A stretch of 64,000 nt of DNA from Callorhinchus milii. Its lineage: Eukaryota. The stretch covers positions 104,410,001-104,474,000 of the forward strand of contig NW_024704743.1 in assembly GCF_018977255.1 (NCBI RefSeq), written 5' to 3'. Below are positions 36,921 through 51,720 of this stretch, one piece after another. The position numbers and the translations under genes are program-made. The first letter of the stretch is position 1. Each line of letters begins with the position of its first letter. The notes under the pieces are model-generated. The model ran no database searches and had not been told where the DNA came from. It saw only the letters and a list, made by a program, of their open reading frames with translations.

Positions 36921-38064
36921 TGGAGTCCTGTAGCTCAGTGGTTAGAGCACTCGCTTTACAAGCGAGAGACCTGAGTTCAATTCCAGGCAGGGCGAAACCT
37001 TGGGCAAGTTTCCTTACTTCACACGCCTAATAATAATCCCTCCAAAACCAAAACCAATAATAAATTGGTCATTTTCAATCCATGACTGTTTGTGGGACAT
37101 TGCTGTGCGCAATTGGCTGCCGCGTTCGCCCATAAATATACAGTCAATTCACTTTACAGTGTGTGTGTTCTGTGAAGCGCTTTGGGACGTCCTTCCGACA
37201 TGAAAAGCGCTATATCAAATGCAAGGATTATTATTATTATTATTGCCTAAAGTTAGAGTGCCAAAATAATGGTGATGACCATCTCTTTCATTTCATTCCT
37301 ATTCAGATCAGAAAGAATTGAAGTGGAATAGGAAGGTAAGGGTCAACTTTCTGAGTGTAGGCAAAGATTGTGTAGTTCCATGCCCTGAAGATTTGATCGC
37401 ATTTTGTTGAGCAGGTTGTTTTATAGATGCAGCATGTGTGGGTGCAGTGTGCTGACAGGAGGCTGGAGATTGTGGAGGCTGGAGATTAGGTTGGTGCAGT
37501 GTGCTCAGGTGAGGCTGCAATGTGTAGATACAGGGTGTATAGGTACCGCATGCTGATGAGAGGCTGCTGTGTGTGTAGATATAGTGTACAAAGGGAACTT
37601 TGCAATGCGTGTATGTGTAGGTGGAAGGTGTATAGATAGTGTGCTGAGAGGAGTTGCAGTGTGTGTCACTACAATGTACAGGTACAGTGTGCTGAGAGGA
37701 TACTGCAGTGGAGTCCTGTAGCTCAGTGGTTAGAGCACTCGCCTCGCAAGCGAGAGATCTTGGTTTTATTCCCAGCAGGGCAAAGCCTTGGGCAAGTTTC
37801 CTTACTCCACAGGCCTGATAATCATCCCTCAAGAAAAAAACAATAACGATTTGGTCACTAATCCATGACTGTTTGTGGGACACTGCTCTGCGCAATTGGC
37901 TGCCACGTTTCATCCACAAATATACAGTCAATTCACTTTACGGTATATTCTGTGAAGCGCTTTGAGACATCTGGAAAAGGGTGATTTATTTATTATTTAT
38001 TATACAATGATAATAATAATCATCCTTGCATTTGATATAGCGATTTATTGCATCTTTGAGACAT
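36921..38064. repeat. Inverted segmental duplication, right arm
   Basis: Reverse complement of 31882-33026; contains + strand SINEs at 36921-37244 and 37709-37970. Confidence 0.95.
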
Positions 38065-38445
38065 CTCAAAGCGCTTCACAAAATACACTGTAAAGTGATT
38101 TGACTGTATTTTGTGGGTGGAACGCACAGCCAATTGTGCACAGCAGTGTCCAAACGCTTGCAAACAATCGTGGATTGAGTGACAAAATTATTATTATCTT
38201 GAAGAAATTATTATCACTGGAAAAGCGATCCACCAATCAACTAACAACCGGGTTCCTACTTACTATTATGTAAACAGAGACGCCTTGGGACGCCCTCCCG
38301 ACATGAAAAGCTCTCTATAAGTGTAATTTTGTTTTTAATGAGATGTGTGGAATGAGGAAACTTGGCCAACGTTTCATTCTGTTGAGAATGGAACCCAGGT
38401 CCTCTTGTTTGTGAGGCGAGTGCTCTAACTACTAAGCTACAGGAT
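38010..38445 (-). mobile_element. tRNA SINE with an internal short tail insertion
   Basis: Tail at 38010, core to about 38280, head to about 38445. Confidence 0.75.
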
Positions 38446-39771
38446 GTCACTACAGTGTATAGGTACAGTGTGCTGCGAGGACAGTTGTTTTTATTCTATT
38501 GTGATCGTATCCATTTGAAAATGTTTTTGAAATTACAGAGAATAAACCCCCAGCTTTCAGTGTCCGGAATTCGAAACTAGCCAGACTGAGCCCGAAACCG
38601 AAAAAATAAAAAAGAATTTCCGTACGCTGGTGTGTAGCCTCCCAGTAGTTCAACTCTCCTAACACGTGCCAATGCCGCGCTGAGCAGCCAACGTGATTTT
38701 TTTCGCACCTCGCTGTCCTTGTTTCCCTTCACAATGACTAGGGATTCCACTTTGACTCAGATTGTTTGACTACCATGAGCAGTTGTATGTCACTATAGTG
38801 TATAGCTTATTCTTGCATAAAACAAACACAGTACTGAAAAATGCTGGTGAATGCCAGCATTGTAATTCACCTAGCCTGAAATTCCAACTTGCCAGACTGG
38901 ATTTTCCATCTCATTAGCGCGGCCAGTCACGGTTTATCTGTAATTGAGAAGTTGAAGTGTTACTTCATGTAGCACATCCTTTATATAGAAATGCATAATT
39001 CAAGCGCTTTTATTTTTCTAATATAATTTAAATTGTTATGCATTTTCGTTACTCCTTCTTGGTCTAAGACTGCTGTATCTTATCTCTCTCAATAAATCTT
39101 GGCCAACAATCATAGCAGAGCAGCAAGTCATTAAGTCCTGCTGCAATGCTCAATTCCATCTGTTTTCTCACAAATGTCTATTTTTCAATACCACATGCAC
39201 AATGCCAGACACATTCGCAAACCTGGGATGCTCACCTATTTATTCTTTAGCTATATTATTATTATTCCTCACTTGTAGTGAATTTTGCTTCTTCCGTACT
39301 GCATTAAGAGGTGATTTTACAGTGAGCTGTGCCAGCATAGACATTTGCACTCTCTGCAAGCACAGAGCACTGCTTACCATACTTCTGAACTGTCAGCGAA
39401 ATCTTTAATGATTAGATAACTGATGGAATACTCGGTACTTTTCAATCAATAGAATGTGAATCGCCAGAAATGCAGCACTTATGGGTAGAAATTCCAGCTG
39501 GGTCCAGAATTACTCTATCAGTGTAATATTTCAGACCATGCAAAATTAAGAAACATTGTTAAATTCAGTTTTAACTTTGCCACTCGCTTTCTGTAGCTCT
39601 TAAAAGAACTTACAGTAAACAGGTATCAAAATTAAAGTCTTAATGACTTGTTGCCCTGCTATGATTGTTCTCCAACATTCATTGAGAGAGATAAGCTTCA
39701 GTAATGTTTAGAAACAAATACTAATGAAAAGCTTTGACCAACAAATAGTAATGAGCTTTGGGACATTCTCA

Positions 39772-40930
39772 GAACATAGAATCATAGAATCATACAGCAC
39801 AGAAGGAGGCCATTCGGCCCATCGTGTCTGTGCCGGCTCTTCGAAAAGGGCTATCCAATTCAATCCCACTCCCCTGCTCTCTCCCCATAGCCCTGTAAAC
39901 TTGTCCTGCCCAAATAATTATCTACTTCTCTCTTAAAAGTTGTTATTGAATCGGCTTCCACCACCCTTTCAGGCTATGCAAAAAATGTTCTCTTCATCTT
40001 CCCTCTGTTTCTTTTAACAACAATTTTAAATCGGTGTCCTCAGGTTACCAACCCACTCACCAGTGGAAATAATTTCTCCTTGTTCAGTCTATCGAATCCC
40101 CTCATAATTTTGAAAATTTCTGTTAAGTCGGCTCTTAACGTTCTTTATTCAAAAGAATAATCCTAGCATCTCTAGCCTCTCCTGATAACTGAAATCCCTC
40201 ATTCCTGGTACCATCCTGGTAAATCTCCTTTGCACCCTCTCCAATGCCTTGACATTGTTCCTAAGGTGTGGTGCCCAGAACTGAACACAGTACTGTCCTG
40301 TGGCTCAGTGGTTAGAGCACTCACTTTGCAAGTGAGAGACCTGAGTTCAATTCCAGGCACAGGGCGAAACCTTGGGCAAGTTTCCTTACTCCACACGCCT
40401 AATAATAATCCCTCCAAAAAAACAAAACAATAATAAATTGGTCATTTTCAATCCATATGACTGTTTGTGGGACATTGCTGTGCGCAATTGGCTGCCGCGT
40501 TCGCCCACAAATATACAGTCAATTCACTTTACAGTGTGTTCTGTGAAGCGTTTTGGGACGTCCTCCCGACGTGAAAAGCGCTATATCAAATGCAAGGGTT
40601 ATTATTATTATTATTACTGTAGCTGAGGCTTAACCAGTGTTTTATAAAGGTTCATCATAACTTCCTTACTTTTATATTCTATGTCCCTATTTATAAAGCC
40701 TAATATCTCATATGCTTTTTTTAACAGCTTTATCTACCTGTCCTGCCACCTTCAACGATTTACTTATATGAACCCCCAGGTCTCTCTGTTCCTTCACTCC
40801 CTTTAAGATTGTGCCATCAGCTTACATTGCCTCTCCTCATTCTTCCTCCCAAAATACATCACTTCATATTTCGCCACATTAAACTTCATCTGCCACGTGT
40901 CCGCCCATTTTACCAGTCTGTCTCTATCCC
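39772..40930 (-). mobile_element. CR1 LINE 3' portion interrupted by a SINE
   Basis: DRDRLVKWADTWQMKFNVAKYEVMYFGRKN; (TTCTATGA)n-type tail at 39772-39792. Confidence 0.92.
40295..40614 (+). mobile_element. Young SINE inserted into CR1 with TSD TACTGT
   Basis: TACTGT at 40291-40296 and 40615-40620. Confidence 0.9.
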
Positions 40931-42089
40931 TAATGAAAAGTATTAGTGTGAACGGTTTAATGTAAATTGTCTTAAGAAACCTATTGTCTTTGTTCCACCC
41001 ATTTTTGTACATATCAAAGTTCTAAATAGAAGTATGTTGACTTTTTGGTTCTGTGCAAATACACCTACAGAAGGTCTTCATAGAATGAGTGAATATTAAG
41101 CTTCACTAAAGTGCCAGCAAAGGCTCTCAATCTTTAGATTCACTGACATTGATGAATCTAAAAGAGACACCTTCCTTTTGGGGACTTCCCTCTTTCAAGA
41201 TCTACCTCTTTAATTTCACTTTCAGTCATCTTTTAGCAGTGTAAATCATTTTGAAATGTCCTCCCACATGAACGGTACTGCATAAATTATATTCAATGGA
41301 GAAAATTATAAAACTAACAGTTCCCATCTGTCAAAGTATAAAGTGTAAAGTTAAAGAAGCGTATCAAACTATCATTGGACTAAACATCCAATGATGTGGC
41401 ATAAACATCCTGTGGCACAGAATTTCATAAACCAATGTTTCTTCAACAGACTTTCTTAATACAACAACAACTTGCATTTATATAGTGCTCGTGATGTGGG
41501 ACAGTTTCTCGGAGTGCTTAACACTGGCTAAACAGAGGCTAAAAGTTAAACTACAAGATTACAACCAAAGTAATTAGGAACACCTTAATCCTGATATTGG
41601 ATTAGTATCTTAAACTTACTTAGAGATAACTGTAGCTTTTTGTAGTACTTACAAGATATTGACTACTTCCTGGAAATTGATTTTCTTCCCATTGTGTTGC
41701 AGTCTGACAGCCATTGAGTTTCGTGTAGCAAATCCCTGATGATTACTTGAAATAATCATTAAAATAAAATCTTCTGCTGTATTTGCTGGGGAAGAAATAA
41801 AAGTCTAATTTACGATATTGCTTGATAAGAAATGTGCTATTATTGAATTTCTAGATCATCATCAACAACAACAACAAAATTACATTTTGGTAGCGCCTTT
41901 CATGTTCGGAGGACGTCCCAAGGTGTTGGCCCATCAAATGTGCTGAATAATCCATTTTTCACTTCATTCAGTGTTTTAGAAATTTGTTAATCACTCTTCT
42001 TATGAAATGTGTTAAGAAGTTCCACAAATTAGATCCCACATAGATGAGTGTGGAGATCCCAATTATTGGTGTACCATACCATAAGGGAA

Positions 42090-42675
42090 ACAAACAACAA
42101 CAACTTGGATTTATATAATGCCCTCCACGCCAGATTGCGTCTCATTGCGCTTTACAGTAACGGATCCCAGAACCGAGCCAGAGGAGGGGGAGGAAGGTGA
42201 TCAAAGGCGCGGTCGAAAAGAAAGGTCTTCAGCAGAGACCTGAAAATGGGAAGGAAGGGAGGGAGCGATGTGAAGGGAATGAGGAAGGCAGTTCCAGAGC
42301 CTCGGGGCATAGTGGCTGAAGGCACGGCTGCCGAGGGTGGAGTGGAGGATTCGGGGGATCAGGAGGAGGCCAGACACAGAGGAACGAAAGCAATGGGTAC
42401 TGTTTTGAGGAGAGAGGAGGTCAAAGAGGTAGGGGGGTGCAGAGGAGTGCAGGGATTTGAATACAAGGGTGAGGATCTTGAAATCAATCCTCTCTGGGAT
42501 AGGCAGCCAGTGCAGTCTGGCAAGGACTGGGGTGATCGGGGAATGGAGTTTCGTGCGGGTGAGAATGTGGGCGGCAGAGTTTTGAATGATTTGGATTTTT
42601 TGGATGGTAGTGGATGGGAGACCGGCGAGGAGGGCATTGGAGTAGTCCAGCCGAGAGGTGACAAAGGCATGAGGA
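42090..42675 (-). mobile_element. L2 3' end (subfamily B)
   Basis: HAFVTSRLDYSNALLAGLP...IQNSAAHILTRTK...HWLPIPERIDFKIL. Confidence 0.93.
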
Positions 42676-44065
42676 AACAAAGAATGACTCGAAGAAAAAT
42701 AACAAAGTAATGAAAAAAAGAAAGAATAAAAGGAAATAAAGCTGAAGAAACAAAAATAAATATTAAAAGTTGATACAAAGTTTACAAATAGGACAAAGTA
42801 AATGAAAGGCACCAGTAGAGAAAACAAAGAAACAATAATAATAATACTAATCCTTGCATTTGATATAGCGCCTTATCAGGTCTTCGAAACGTCCCAAAGC
42901 GCTTCACAAAATATACTCTAAAGTGAATTGACTGGATATTTTGTCGGCAAAACAATTGAGTGAATAAAAGATAATGGAATATAATCATAATAATTCTTGC
43001 ATTTGATATAGAGCCTTTCATGTTGGGATAACCTCTTAAAGCACTTCACAGGATTTACTATAAAGTGTAGTGACCCAAGTATTCTGTAGGTGAATGTGGC
43101 AGCCAATTTGCGCACAGCAATGTCTCACATGGGAATAGCAAACCACATTAATAATTTCTAACCAGAAATACTCGGTGATTTGTGAGTTTGCCATTTTTAG
43201 AGATCATTATGTGATGGACCCCATTGTGTCATATTTCTAAACCGAAAGGAAAACTTTGTCACAAACATTTTCTCCCTTACATCTTGGCCACGCAAACAGT
43301 TTCTCTCCCTCTTCGCAACCTCACTCACCTCTGTTACTATTTTAAATTTCAACGGAACTCTCATTTACACCTTTGTCATTGTTGGATACTAGTGTTATCA
43401 GTATGTCACTGAGTAAAGCTCTGTCCGTCTATTTAATTTATATTCCCAGCTGACTGCTTTCCCTGGTTTGAAGTTGATACGAGTACAGAATTATAACCCA
43501 ATACTGATTCTCATACCACTTGCAACAATACCAGCGCCAATCTGGAAAGCTGTTTTTTAGCATCACCACAGCACAGCAGTATCACTGTTGAGCAGACTGG
43601 GATGAATAAACACGTTAGAAAATATTCTGTAGAAAATGTTCTGTAACAGGACATTGCAATTTATCAAAACATAAATCGCTGCTTCCTTTCAGATGTTTGA
43701 TTGCACAGGTACATCCTTGCCTACAATTTACTGGTTAATTCTGAAAATGTCTGAACAAATACATTGTTTTTATTAAAACATATTTCCATTGTCTGCTGAC
43801 TTCAATATATTTAACCATTCAATCTTTTACAACGTCAGCACGAGGCAAGATAAAACAGTAGATTTTGGGTTGTTAGGATAGGGAATTTCAAATCACAAAT
43901 GGCCATCAAAAGTAAAACACCATTGAGCATTGAACTGTGGAATGGAACAGTAACTTTGAAGAGTATGGGGAAAGAGCAGAATAAATAGCTCCAGCGGGGT
44001 AACAAGCACAAACACAATGGAACCAAATGACCTCCCGTGCTGTAGACCATCTAAGATCACGTTCT

Positions 44066-44382
44066 ATAATAATAATAATCCTTGCATTTGATATAGCACT
44101 TTTCACATCGGGAAGACGTCCCAAAGCGCTTCACAGAACACACTGTGAAGTGAATTGACTGTATATTTGTGGGCGAATGCGGCAGCCAATTGCGCACAGC
44201 AATGTCCCATAAACAGCCATGGATTGAAAATGACCGATTTTATTATTGTTTTTGGTTTTTGGAGGGATTATTATTAGACGTGTGGAGTAAGGAAACTTGC
44301 CCAAGGTTTCGCCCTGCCTGGAATTGAACTCAGGTCTCTCGCTTGCAAAGTGAGTGCTCTAACCACTGAGCTACAGGACTCC
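44066..44382 (-). mobile_element. Young tRNA SINE, full length
   Basis: Near-identical to 1939-2250. Confidence 0.92.
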
Positions 44383-47300
44383 AATGCAGGCTTATCAGGC
44401 TTAATCACTGCAAAGATTAAGGTGTCCTGAAGTGTATTAGTGTTTTTAAAGCTTCAAGCTCTTTTGATAACATTAGGAATATTACCACAGACAGCACTCT
44501 GCAACCTGAAAGCAACAACACCGAAAGGAGGTTTTATTGTGTGGCAATGGCACAGTGACCCATAAATCAACAACAAGCGAAAAGAGCAAACTCCAATGGA
44601 AACTTAGTGAAGTGTAACTATGATTGGTGTATAACAATTTACGAAGTGCCATTTATCGTAACCACAAAGAGCGTCCAGCAGTTGTAATGGAATTGTTCAT
44701 TTCCTGGCTGAACATTGGAAGCACTAGAGTGGAAGCATTAAAACAACATCAGAGTGATTAGTTTACATTGCAAGCAATCTACAATAACACTACACTGAAA
44801 CAGAGATAGGTCAACTGGACAGCAGTCAACCTGGGCTATCTGAAGCCAGGGGTACAGCTAATCATTCTTAACCAAAGGACTGCAAAATGTAAAACGTAGA
44901 ACTGTACAAGTATATTCCTGTCAGACAATGAAAATCTTAATTCAAGCCACGTTCTTCTCTGACTGTTTATGCTGACCTCAATATATTCTGTCCTGTTGTG
45001 GGGAATAGTGGTTGAAAACAATAACAATTTAATTGGTTAGTAAACTGCAGACGAAGCACATGATAATTGGAATGTCTCCCCATTCAGGTGTCTCAGAGAT
45101 TCCTTATTACAGAATCAGTACATTAGATCTCAGTACTAATATGCTGGTGAACATTGGAAGCACTGTTGAACACTGGGGAAGTTTTGAGGGAGCTGTACAT
45201 TGCATCCAGTTGTCTAGAATTGGGGAAGTGACCTTTGTACCAAGAATAGTAAAGGTGTTGTATCTATGTTAATGACAACTTTCACCTTCCTGAGCATAAG
45301 AAATTACCACAAATACATAAAATTGGTTGAAAATAGTAATAAACACTTTCTTTGTTTCTTTTTCTCATCATCAAAACATATCAAAACACTTTCTAGGATT
45401 TACTGTAAAGTGCAGTGACTGTGTATTTTGTAGGTGAACGCAGGACACAATTAAACCAAAACAGTCATGTGTTTAATAATAATAATTCTTGCATTTGATA
45501 TAGCGCCTTTCACATTAGGAGAATGTCTCAAGGCACCACACGATATACTGTTGAGCGTAGTGCCTATGTATTTTGCTGGTGAAATTATATTAAAACTATA
45601 TTTTACTTAATATTATTATTAAATATTTGAACTATATTTTAATGTGAAGGCTTACTAATGTTTTTAAAGACAGTCACATATTCAGTATTACTTTTGGAAT
45701 TTGACATTTTCAAATAATCTTTAAATAATTTCCTAATATCTAGACCCTTTTGATTTTTGTCTGCCTGGTTCATTCTTTGTGGGTTTTATTGTTGAGTAGG
45801 GGTGATATCATTGAAGGAATTGGTTTGGAAAAAATACTGAGCGCAACGATAATGAAATGAACCTACACAGTTGAAATGACATGGATGATGACGTGCCCAG
45901 ATTTAATGATTCAATTGAATATTAACTCAGATACCATTCGCTGCATGACAAATAAATTTTCCAACCAATCTTCCAATTATATCTTTAGCATTCACCGCTT
46001 ACACAAGAATAGGAAAGAAACGTCAACAGAAACAGACTGAACTAGCAGGACCAATATCACCATGCTCCATGCTCCATTTTCCCTATTTAAAAGAACCTTC
46101 TAAAATCACCCAAGTGTGCTAGATAAGAATAAGGCCTGAAATTCCACTTAGATTTGACCTTTAAGACCATTTTGTCTTAAAAACTGAAAGTTGACCATAA
46201 TCTTTGGAAAATTCTTAAATTGATTTTTAATTTGGAAGCTGTTTTTCTACTTCTATTAAAAAAAACTGACTTCCGAACTAAGACTAAATTGAAATGTTTT
46301 GCACAATTCTCTGTGAGTTTACATTTAAAGACAAAATATTCTTACAGACTAAGACTTTTGTTTGACTTATATGCAGAAAGACCAAGAACATTTTTAGATT
46401 TTTCTTTTGCTTTCTCTCTCTCCATTACTCTCAGTTGTATGGCAGGTACTTATAATCAGGTAGCTGGATTTTTCCTGTTAAAAAGCTACATTTCGTATGA
46501 CTCCTTTATCAAATGCATAAAAAATGCTGATCTAATTAAATGAATTGTAGATCGGTTATGCTCCAAAATAATAGTTATTCATTCTTAAATCGGCTTCCAT
46601 GTTCGCTGACAAATACTCAATCACTGTACTTTACAGTAAATCCTGTGAAATGCTTTGAGACATCTCAATCATCTGATAAGGCGATATAACAAAATACAAG
46701 GATTATTATATTATTAGAATGAACTATTCACGGATTAACACATGAATGGATTTAATAAATCAAATAGAACCCCATTAATAATAGCCTCAATAAACACATG
46801 ATGAGGATAATATTTTTTTCCTCTTGAAAAGATCCACTAGTTTTAAGTGATAAATCTCTGGGTATTTTGTGCTTTGGACTAGAGTCATGTTTGTTTGGAG
46901 ATTGTGATTCTTCCTAAACTCAATTCACTTGCAACAATCTGAGGAAAACAGTTTGTCATTTATTTCCCTTGGCTGAATTTGAACATGGGTCTTTAGAGGT
47001 GAAAGACAGTGAACAAGACTGTTTCTTTTACAAAATATGTACCTGAAGCAAAATTGCCTTCAGCTGCAGATTAGGTTACATAACTGGAAGAAAGAACAGT
47101 GTGTTTCTGTCAGAAGCTATTGGTTATTTGTCTTTAATAAAACTGACTTTCAAGGGTATTAATATTACTCAATATAAATCATATTTACGATTTGTGTACA
47201 TGGCAATTCAACATTACAAAATGCTGCCAGGCTTTGTGGGAATACTGACTGAAAATAAAATATTATTTTAACAATCTCTTCCTCCCACCAGGAAGATAGT

Positions 47301-47439
47301 TAATAGCTCGTCATTCTCAAATGACCAGTTGGTGACTATCCTCCTTCGAGTGGGGTGGGATGGGAGGAAGGAGGTAAACAACATCACCTTGGAGTTGAAC
47401 TGGCTCCAAGGTGATATGTTTTACAACGGAATGTCAACA

Positions 47440-48200
47440 GCAACTTGCATTTATATAGCGCCCCTCATGCAGGGTAGTGTCCCAGAGCGTTTGACAGTGG
47501 TGGAGCATGTCGAGCCAGGGGGAGGGGGAGGTGACAGTAGGCTCGGTCGAATAGGAAGGTCATCGGGCGCGACCTGAAAATGGGGCAGGAAGGTGCAAGG
47601 TGGTGGGATAGAGGAAGCGTGTTCCAGAGTTTCTGGGCGTCATCGCTGAAAGTGCAACCACCATTAGTGAAACGGAGGGCATGAGCCATTCCTCTTGGGT
47701 GGTCTCGGTAGTCCAGTTCCTGAGCCAGAGGGTCTGCAAAACTCCAGGGCACTAATAGTGACAGCACAGTTCAGGTACTGGTTCAGCCTGGTTCAGGTAC
47801 TGATGGAAATCTTAACATTGAATCAGAAGATTCTGAGTTCAAGTCCTACGTTCAGACTTTAAATTAATACACTATGGACTGACACTACAGTATTATGAGG
47901 GATGGCATTGTTGGAGGTGCTGTCCTTCAGATGAGATATTAAACCAAGATCCAATTTGGTCAGATGCATGTTAAAGATCCTATGGCTATATTCAAAAAGA
48001 GAAAGGAGTTTTTCCCAATGTCTTGGTCAGGAATCTCCCAGATAAAATTGGTCATTCACTTCATGACTGTTTGTGGGACATTGTGTGTAAATTGGCTGCT
48101 GTGTTTACCTACAAAATACATAGGCACCACTTTACAATATATCCTTAAATGCTTTTAGACCTTGTCTTGATGTGAAAGGCACTATTTCAAATGTAAGTAT
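47440..48200. mobile_element. Diverged L2 3' end (-, 47440-47690) and older SINE (+, 47810-48200)
   Basis: GGCTFSDDAQKLWNTLP in the L2 part; AATCAGAAGATTCTGAGTTCAAG head plus Deu core in the SINE. Confidence 0.7.
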
Positions 48201-48443
48201 TATTATATTATATTAATATCTTGCTTGAACTCTGCAGTTATGTAAATTCTTCTGGCAAGTCTCATCTGACATCATATAAACTATATATGTCTGTAGTCTG
48301 CTTGGCTTAAGTCAGTGCTAGATAAAGTCTGATCATTGTCCATAATTAACTATGCATCTTCATTGACGTAGAAACGCAGATAATGTTTTTTAGTGCTCCA
48401 CCTTGACAGCAGGCTGAAAAGTATGATTGTCTGCCAAGACGTA

Positions 48444-48622
48444 GGGGAGAAATTCCACTTGGGCGTAGAATTCCCTATTTTCTTAGCATTTAAGAAATTG
48501 ACAGGTTCTGAAATATAGTTTTAATTTCGAAACCAGTTTTCTACAAGCTCTATTAAAAACTGCAGAAAACTTTGGAATGCTGAGAAAATTGAATAGATCA
48601 AGACACAGGTGGAATTTCTCTC
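48444..48622. mobile_element. Putative ancient MITE-like element
   Basis: Inverted termini GAGAAATTCCAC (48447) / GTGGAATTTCTC (48609-48620); similar AAATTCCA motifs at 39487, 46138 and 38878. Confidence 0.4.
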
Positions 48623-49579
48623 GAATAGTGTTATGAAGTTTGTATAGCCTTGGTGGCAACTAAGTCAGAATCATTGGATCTTTAACGTTAACATCTTCAG
48701 TGTTAGTTTCCACTTCCCACATTAAATGTGGTGCTGCAGTAGTTAGTTGCATGGCATTGGTTCAAATGAAAACTTTTCAGAAGAATTGGACATTGGGAAT
48801 GAGGTGCTTGTGGAAAGTAAATCTCTAAAGCATGTCTTATTGGCCACTTTGGCTCTGTAGGAAACCTCACAAATCACAAAATGAACTTCAGAAGCACTTG
48901 GAGTCAAAGGAGTGAAAAATACTGTATTTGATGTAATATTAATTACATTGGTTGAATTTCAGTTCCCTTCCCACCTCCCTCTACTCCACTTCCAGCTTAG
49001 GTGCCCATCCTGCAATGTGAATGAGCCTTTGTGACGTGCGATCGACATGAAAGGCGCTATATAAATGCAAATTGTATTGTACTGTATTGATGATGTCCCA
49101 TTTAATGAATGCCCTTCCTTTGACTTTGTGAAAATAGTTGGGCTCAAAACTGTTGTGGTGATCATTGAGCTGGCTGTCACAGACATTAAACCTCTTGTCT
49201 TGCAGACAGCAACATTTCAGTTCTGTCTCTCAGAGTACGGGCTTAAGTTGAATCCAAAAGTTGATTTAAGACAGTTTTCCAAGAACTGGCACATAAAATG
49301 CTGTTATTCAATTTTAAGAGATTGATGTGTTTCAAACTAAAATGATGTATGATTATGAATTTTGCATTGATTTCAGTGGGTTACAGTTACATTTATGGTT
49401 TATGGTCATTATGGTCATCTTTCCCCTCTCCCCCCACACCCGACTGATTTTTTCCCAACCTCAGCTCAAGTGCCCAGCCAGTAGTTTCAAGTACCTTGAG
49501 ATGTCCTCCCAACATGACAGGCACTATAAAAATGTGAATTGTATTGTATAATAATAACCTGTCAGCCCAGTGGGACCAA

Positions 49580-50412
49580 CTGTTAACAAAGCATACGGGT
49601 TACTCGGCTTTATAAATAGGGGCATAGCATACAAAAGTAAGGAGGTTATGACACAATACAAAATTACAATACAAACTACATTTGTAAAACACCTTTCATG
49701 TCAGGAGGATGTTCCAAGGCCCTGGTGATGAACCTTTGTAAAACACTGGTTAGGCCTCAGCTAGAGTATTGTGTTCAGTTCTGGGCACCACACTTTAGGA
49801 AGGATGTCAAGGCCTTGGAGAAGGTGCAAAGGAGATTTACCAGGATGGTACCAGGGATGAGGGACTTCAGTTATGAGGAGAGGCTAGAGAAGCTAGGATT
49901 ATTCTCCTTGGAGCAGAGAAAGTTAAGGGGAGATTTAATAGAGGTGTTTAAAATTATGAGGAGATTCGATAGGATGAACAGGGAGACACTGTTTCTACTG
50001 GCAGGTGGGTCGGTAACCAGAGGACGCAGATCTAAAATAGTTGACAAAAGAACAAAGGGGAGGGGAGGAGAAATGTTTTCACATAGCGGGTTGGGTCGGG
50101 TCATGACCCAACTGTGCAGCGCCTTGGGACGTCCTCCTGACATGAAAGGCGCTTTATAAATGGAATCTTGTTGTTGTTGTTGTTGTTGTTGTTGTTTGGA
50201 TCTGGAATGCATTGCCTGAAAGGCTAGCGGAAGCTGATTTGATAACAACTTTAAAGAGAGGAGTAAATAGATATTTGGGGAGGACAAATTTGCAGAGCTA
50301 TGGGTAGAGAGTGGGGGAGTGAGATTAATTTGGACAGCTCTTTGAAAGAGCCAGCACGGGCACAATGGGCCTCCTTCTGTGCTGTATAATTCTATGATTC
50401 TATAATTCTATG
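49580..50412 (+). mobile_element. CR1 LINE 3' end with two short L2-tail insertions
   Basis: TLVRPQLEYCVQFWAPHFRKDVKALEKVQRRFTRMVPG...LGLFSLEQRKLRGDLIEVFKIM; ATTCTATG tail; inserts at about 49653-49725 and 50090-50195. Confidence 0.95.
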
Positions 50413-50989
50413 AACATCACTGTAGATTTTGTTGGGACGCCAAAGGTTTATCGAACCACATTTTAATGCAGTTTTAATCCAGGTCTGCACTGGTCTGTAC
50501 TGAAGATAGTTTTCCCAAACTGGGCTCTAGTGAAATCCTCCGGGAAATCTTAGGATGTCACACTGATTTTTAGTAATAAATTTGCAGGAATTTACTATGA
50601 AAGTGCAATTTAAGATGGCCCAATGGAACATCCCAATGCATTCTGTAAAATATAACCTCTGAAATACTTATGAATAATCTCAGTTTTAAAAAAAGGCACC
50701 TAATACTTCATCAGTTCAATTTCCTGTTTTTTCTAATAATATTTGCATTTGATATAGGGCCTTTCAAGTCAGGGAGACATTTCAAGCACTTCAAAAGATT
50801 TATGTAAAATGTACTGACTCTGTATTATGCAGATTTGTGTTAAAAAAATCAATCATAGGGACACTTAAACATAACCAATGGGATGGGGGAGAGACCTGCC
50901 TTTCTCATTCACTTGGATGACAGAATTGAATTGTTTAACAGGTAAAAGAATAAGAGTGAATCTAAGGATAATGTCCAGAGAAATCTGTC

Positions 50990-51720
50990 AGTGTCCCACA
51001 AACAGTCGTGGATTGAAATGACCTTTTTTTAAAAAAATATTACCCCCGGAAAAGCGATACACCGATCGACTAACAACTGGGTTCCTACTTACTGCTATGT
51101 AAACAGAGGCGTGTGGAGTAAGGAAACTTGACTAACATTTTGCCCTGCTGGGAATCGAACCCAGGTCTCTCGCTTGCAGGGCAAGTGCTCTAATTACTGA
51201 GCTATAGGACTCCACGTCAGAAATAAACATTAAATGTCCGAACAGTAAGGTTATTATGTGAGTGAGAAAGCATTTCCCCAGCCATTTCAAATATCTGTGT
51301 GTCAACCTGGATAGTTGTTAAACACTCTCGCCTCTGGGTCAGAAGGTTGTGGATCCAAGCCCCATGTCAGGACTTGGAACGCATGGAGTTCAGTCTGGCG
51401 CTTCAGTATAGTGCTAAAATGTGCTGTATTATCAGAGATACCATCCTTTGGATGAGACATTAAACTGGCATCCCTTCTGTCTGTTCAGGTTCAGGACGTT
51501 GAAGATCTCATGGCACTATTCAAAGAATTCCCAGTGTCCTGGCCAACAATCCCTCAATAAAATTGGTAATTCACATCATGGTTGATTGTGGGATATTGGT
51601 CTGTGCAAATTGACTGTCACATTTTTCCACAAAACGCACAATCACTAAACTTTACAGTATATCCTGTTACTGTGCTGTGAGAAGTGAAATGCGCTATGCC
51701 AAATATAAGGATTATTAATT
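50990..51720. mobile_element. SINE 5' half (-, 50990-51214) and older SINE (+, 51320-51720)
   Basis: Homology to the two SINE families described above. Confidence 0.75.
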
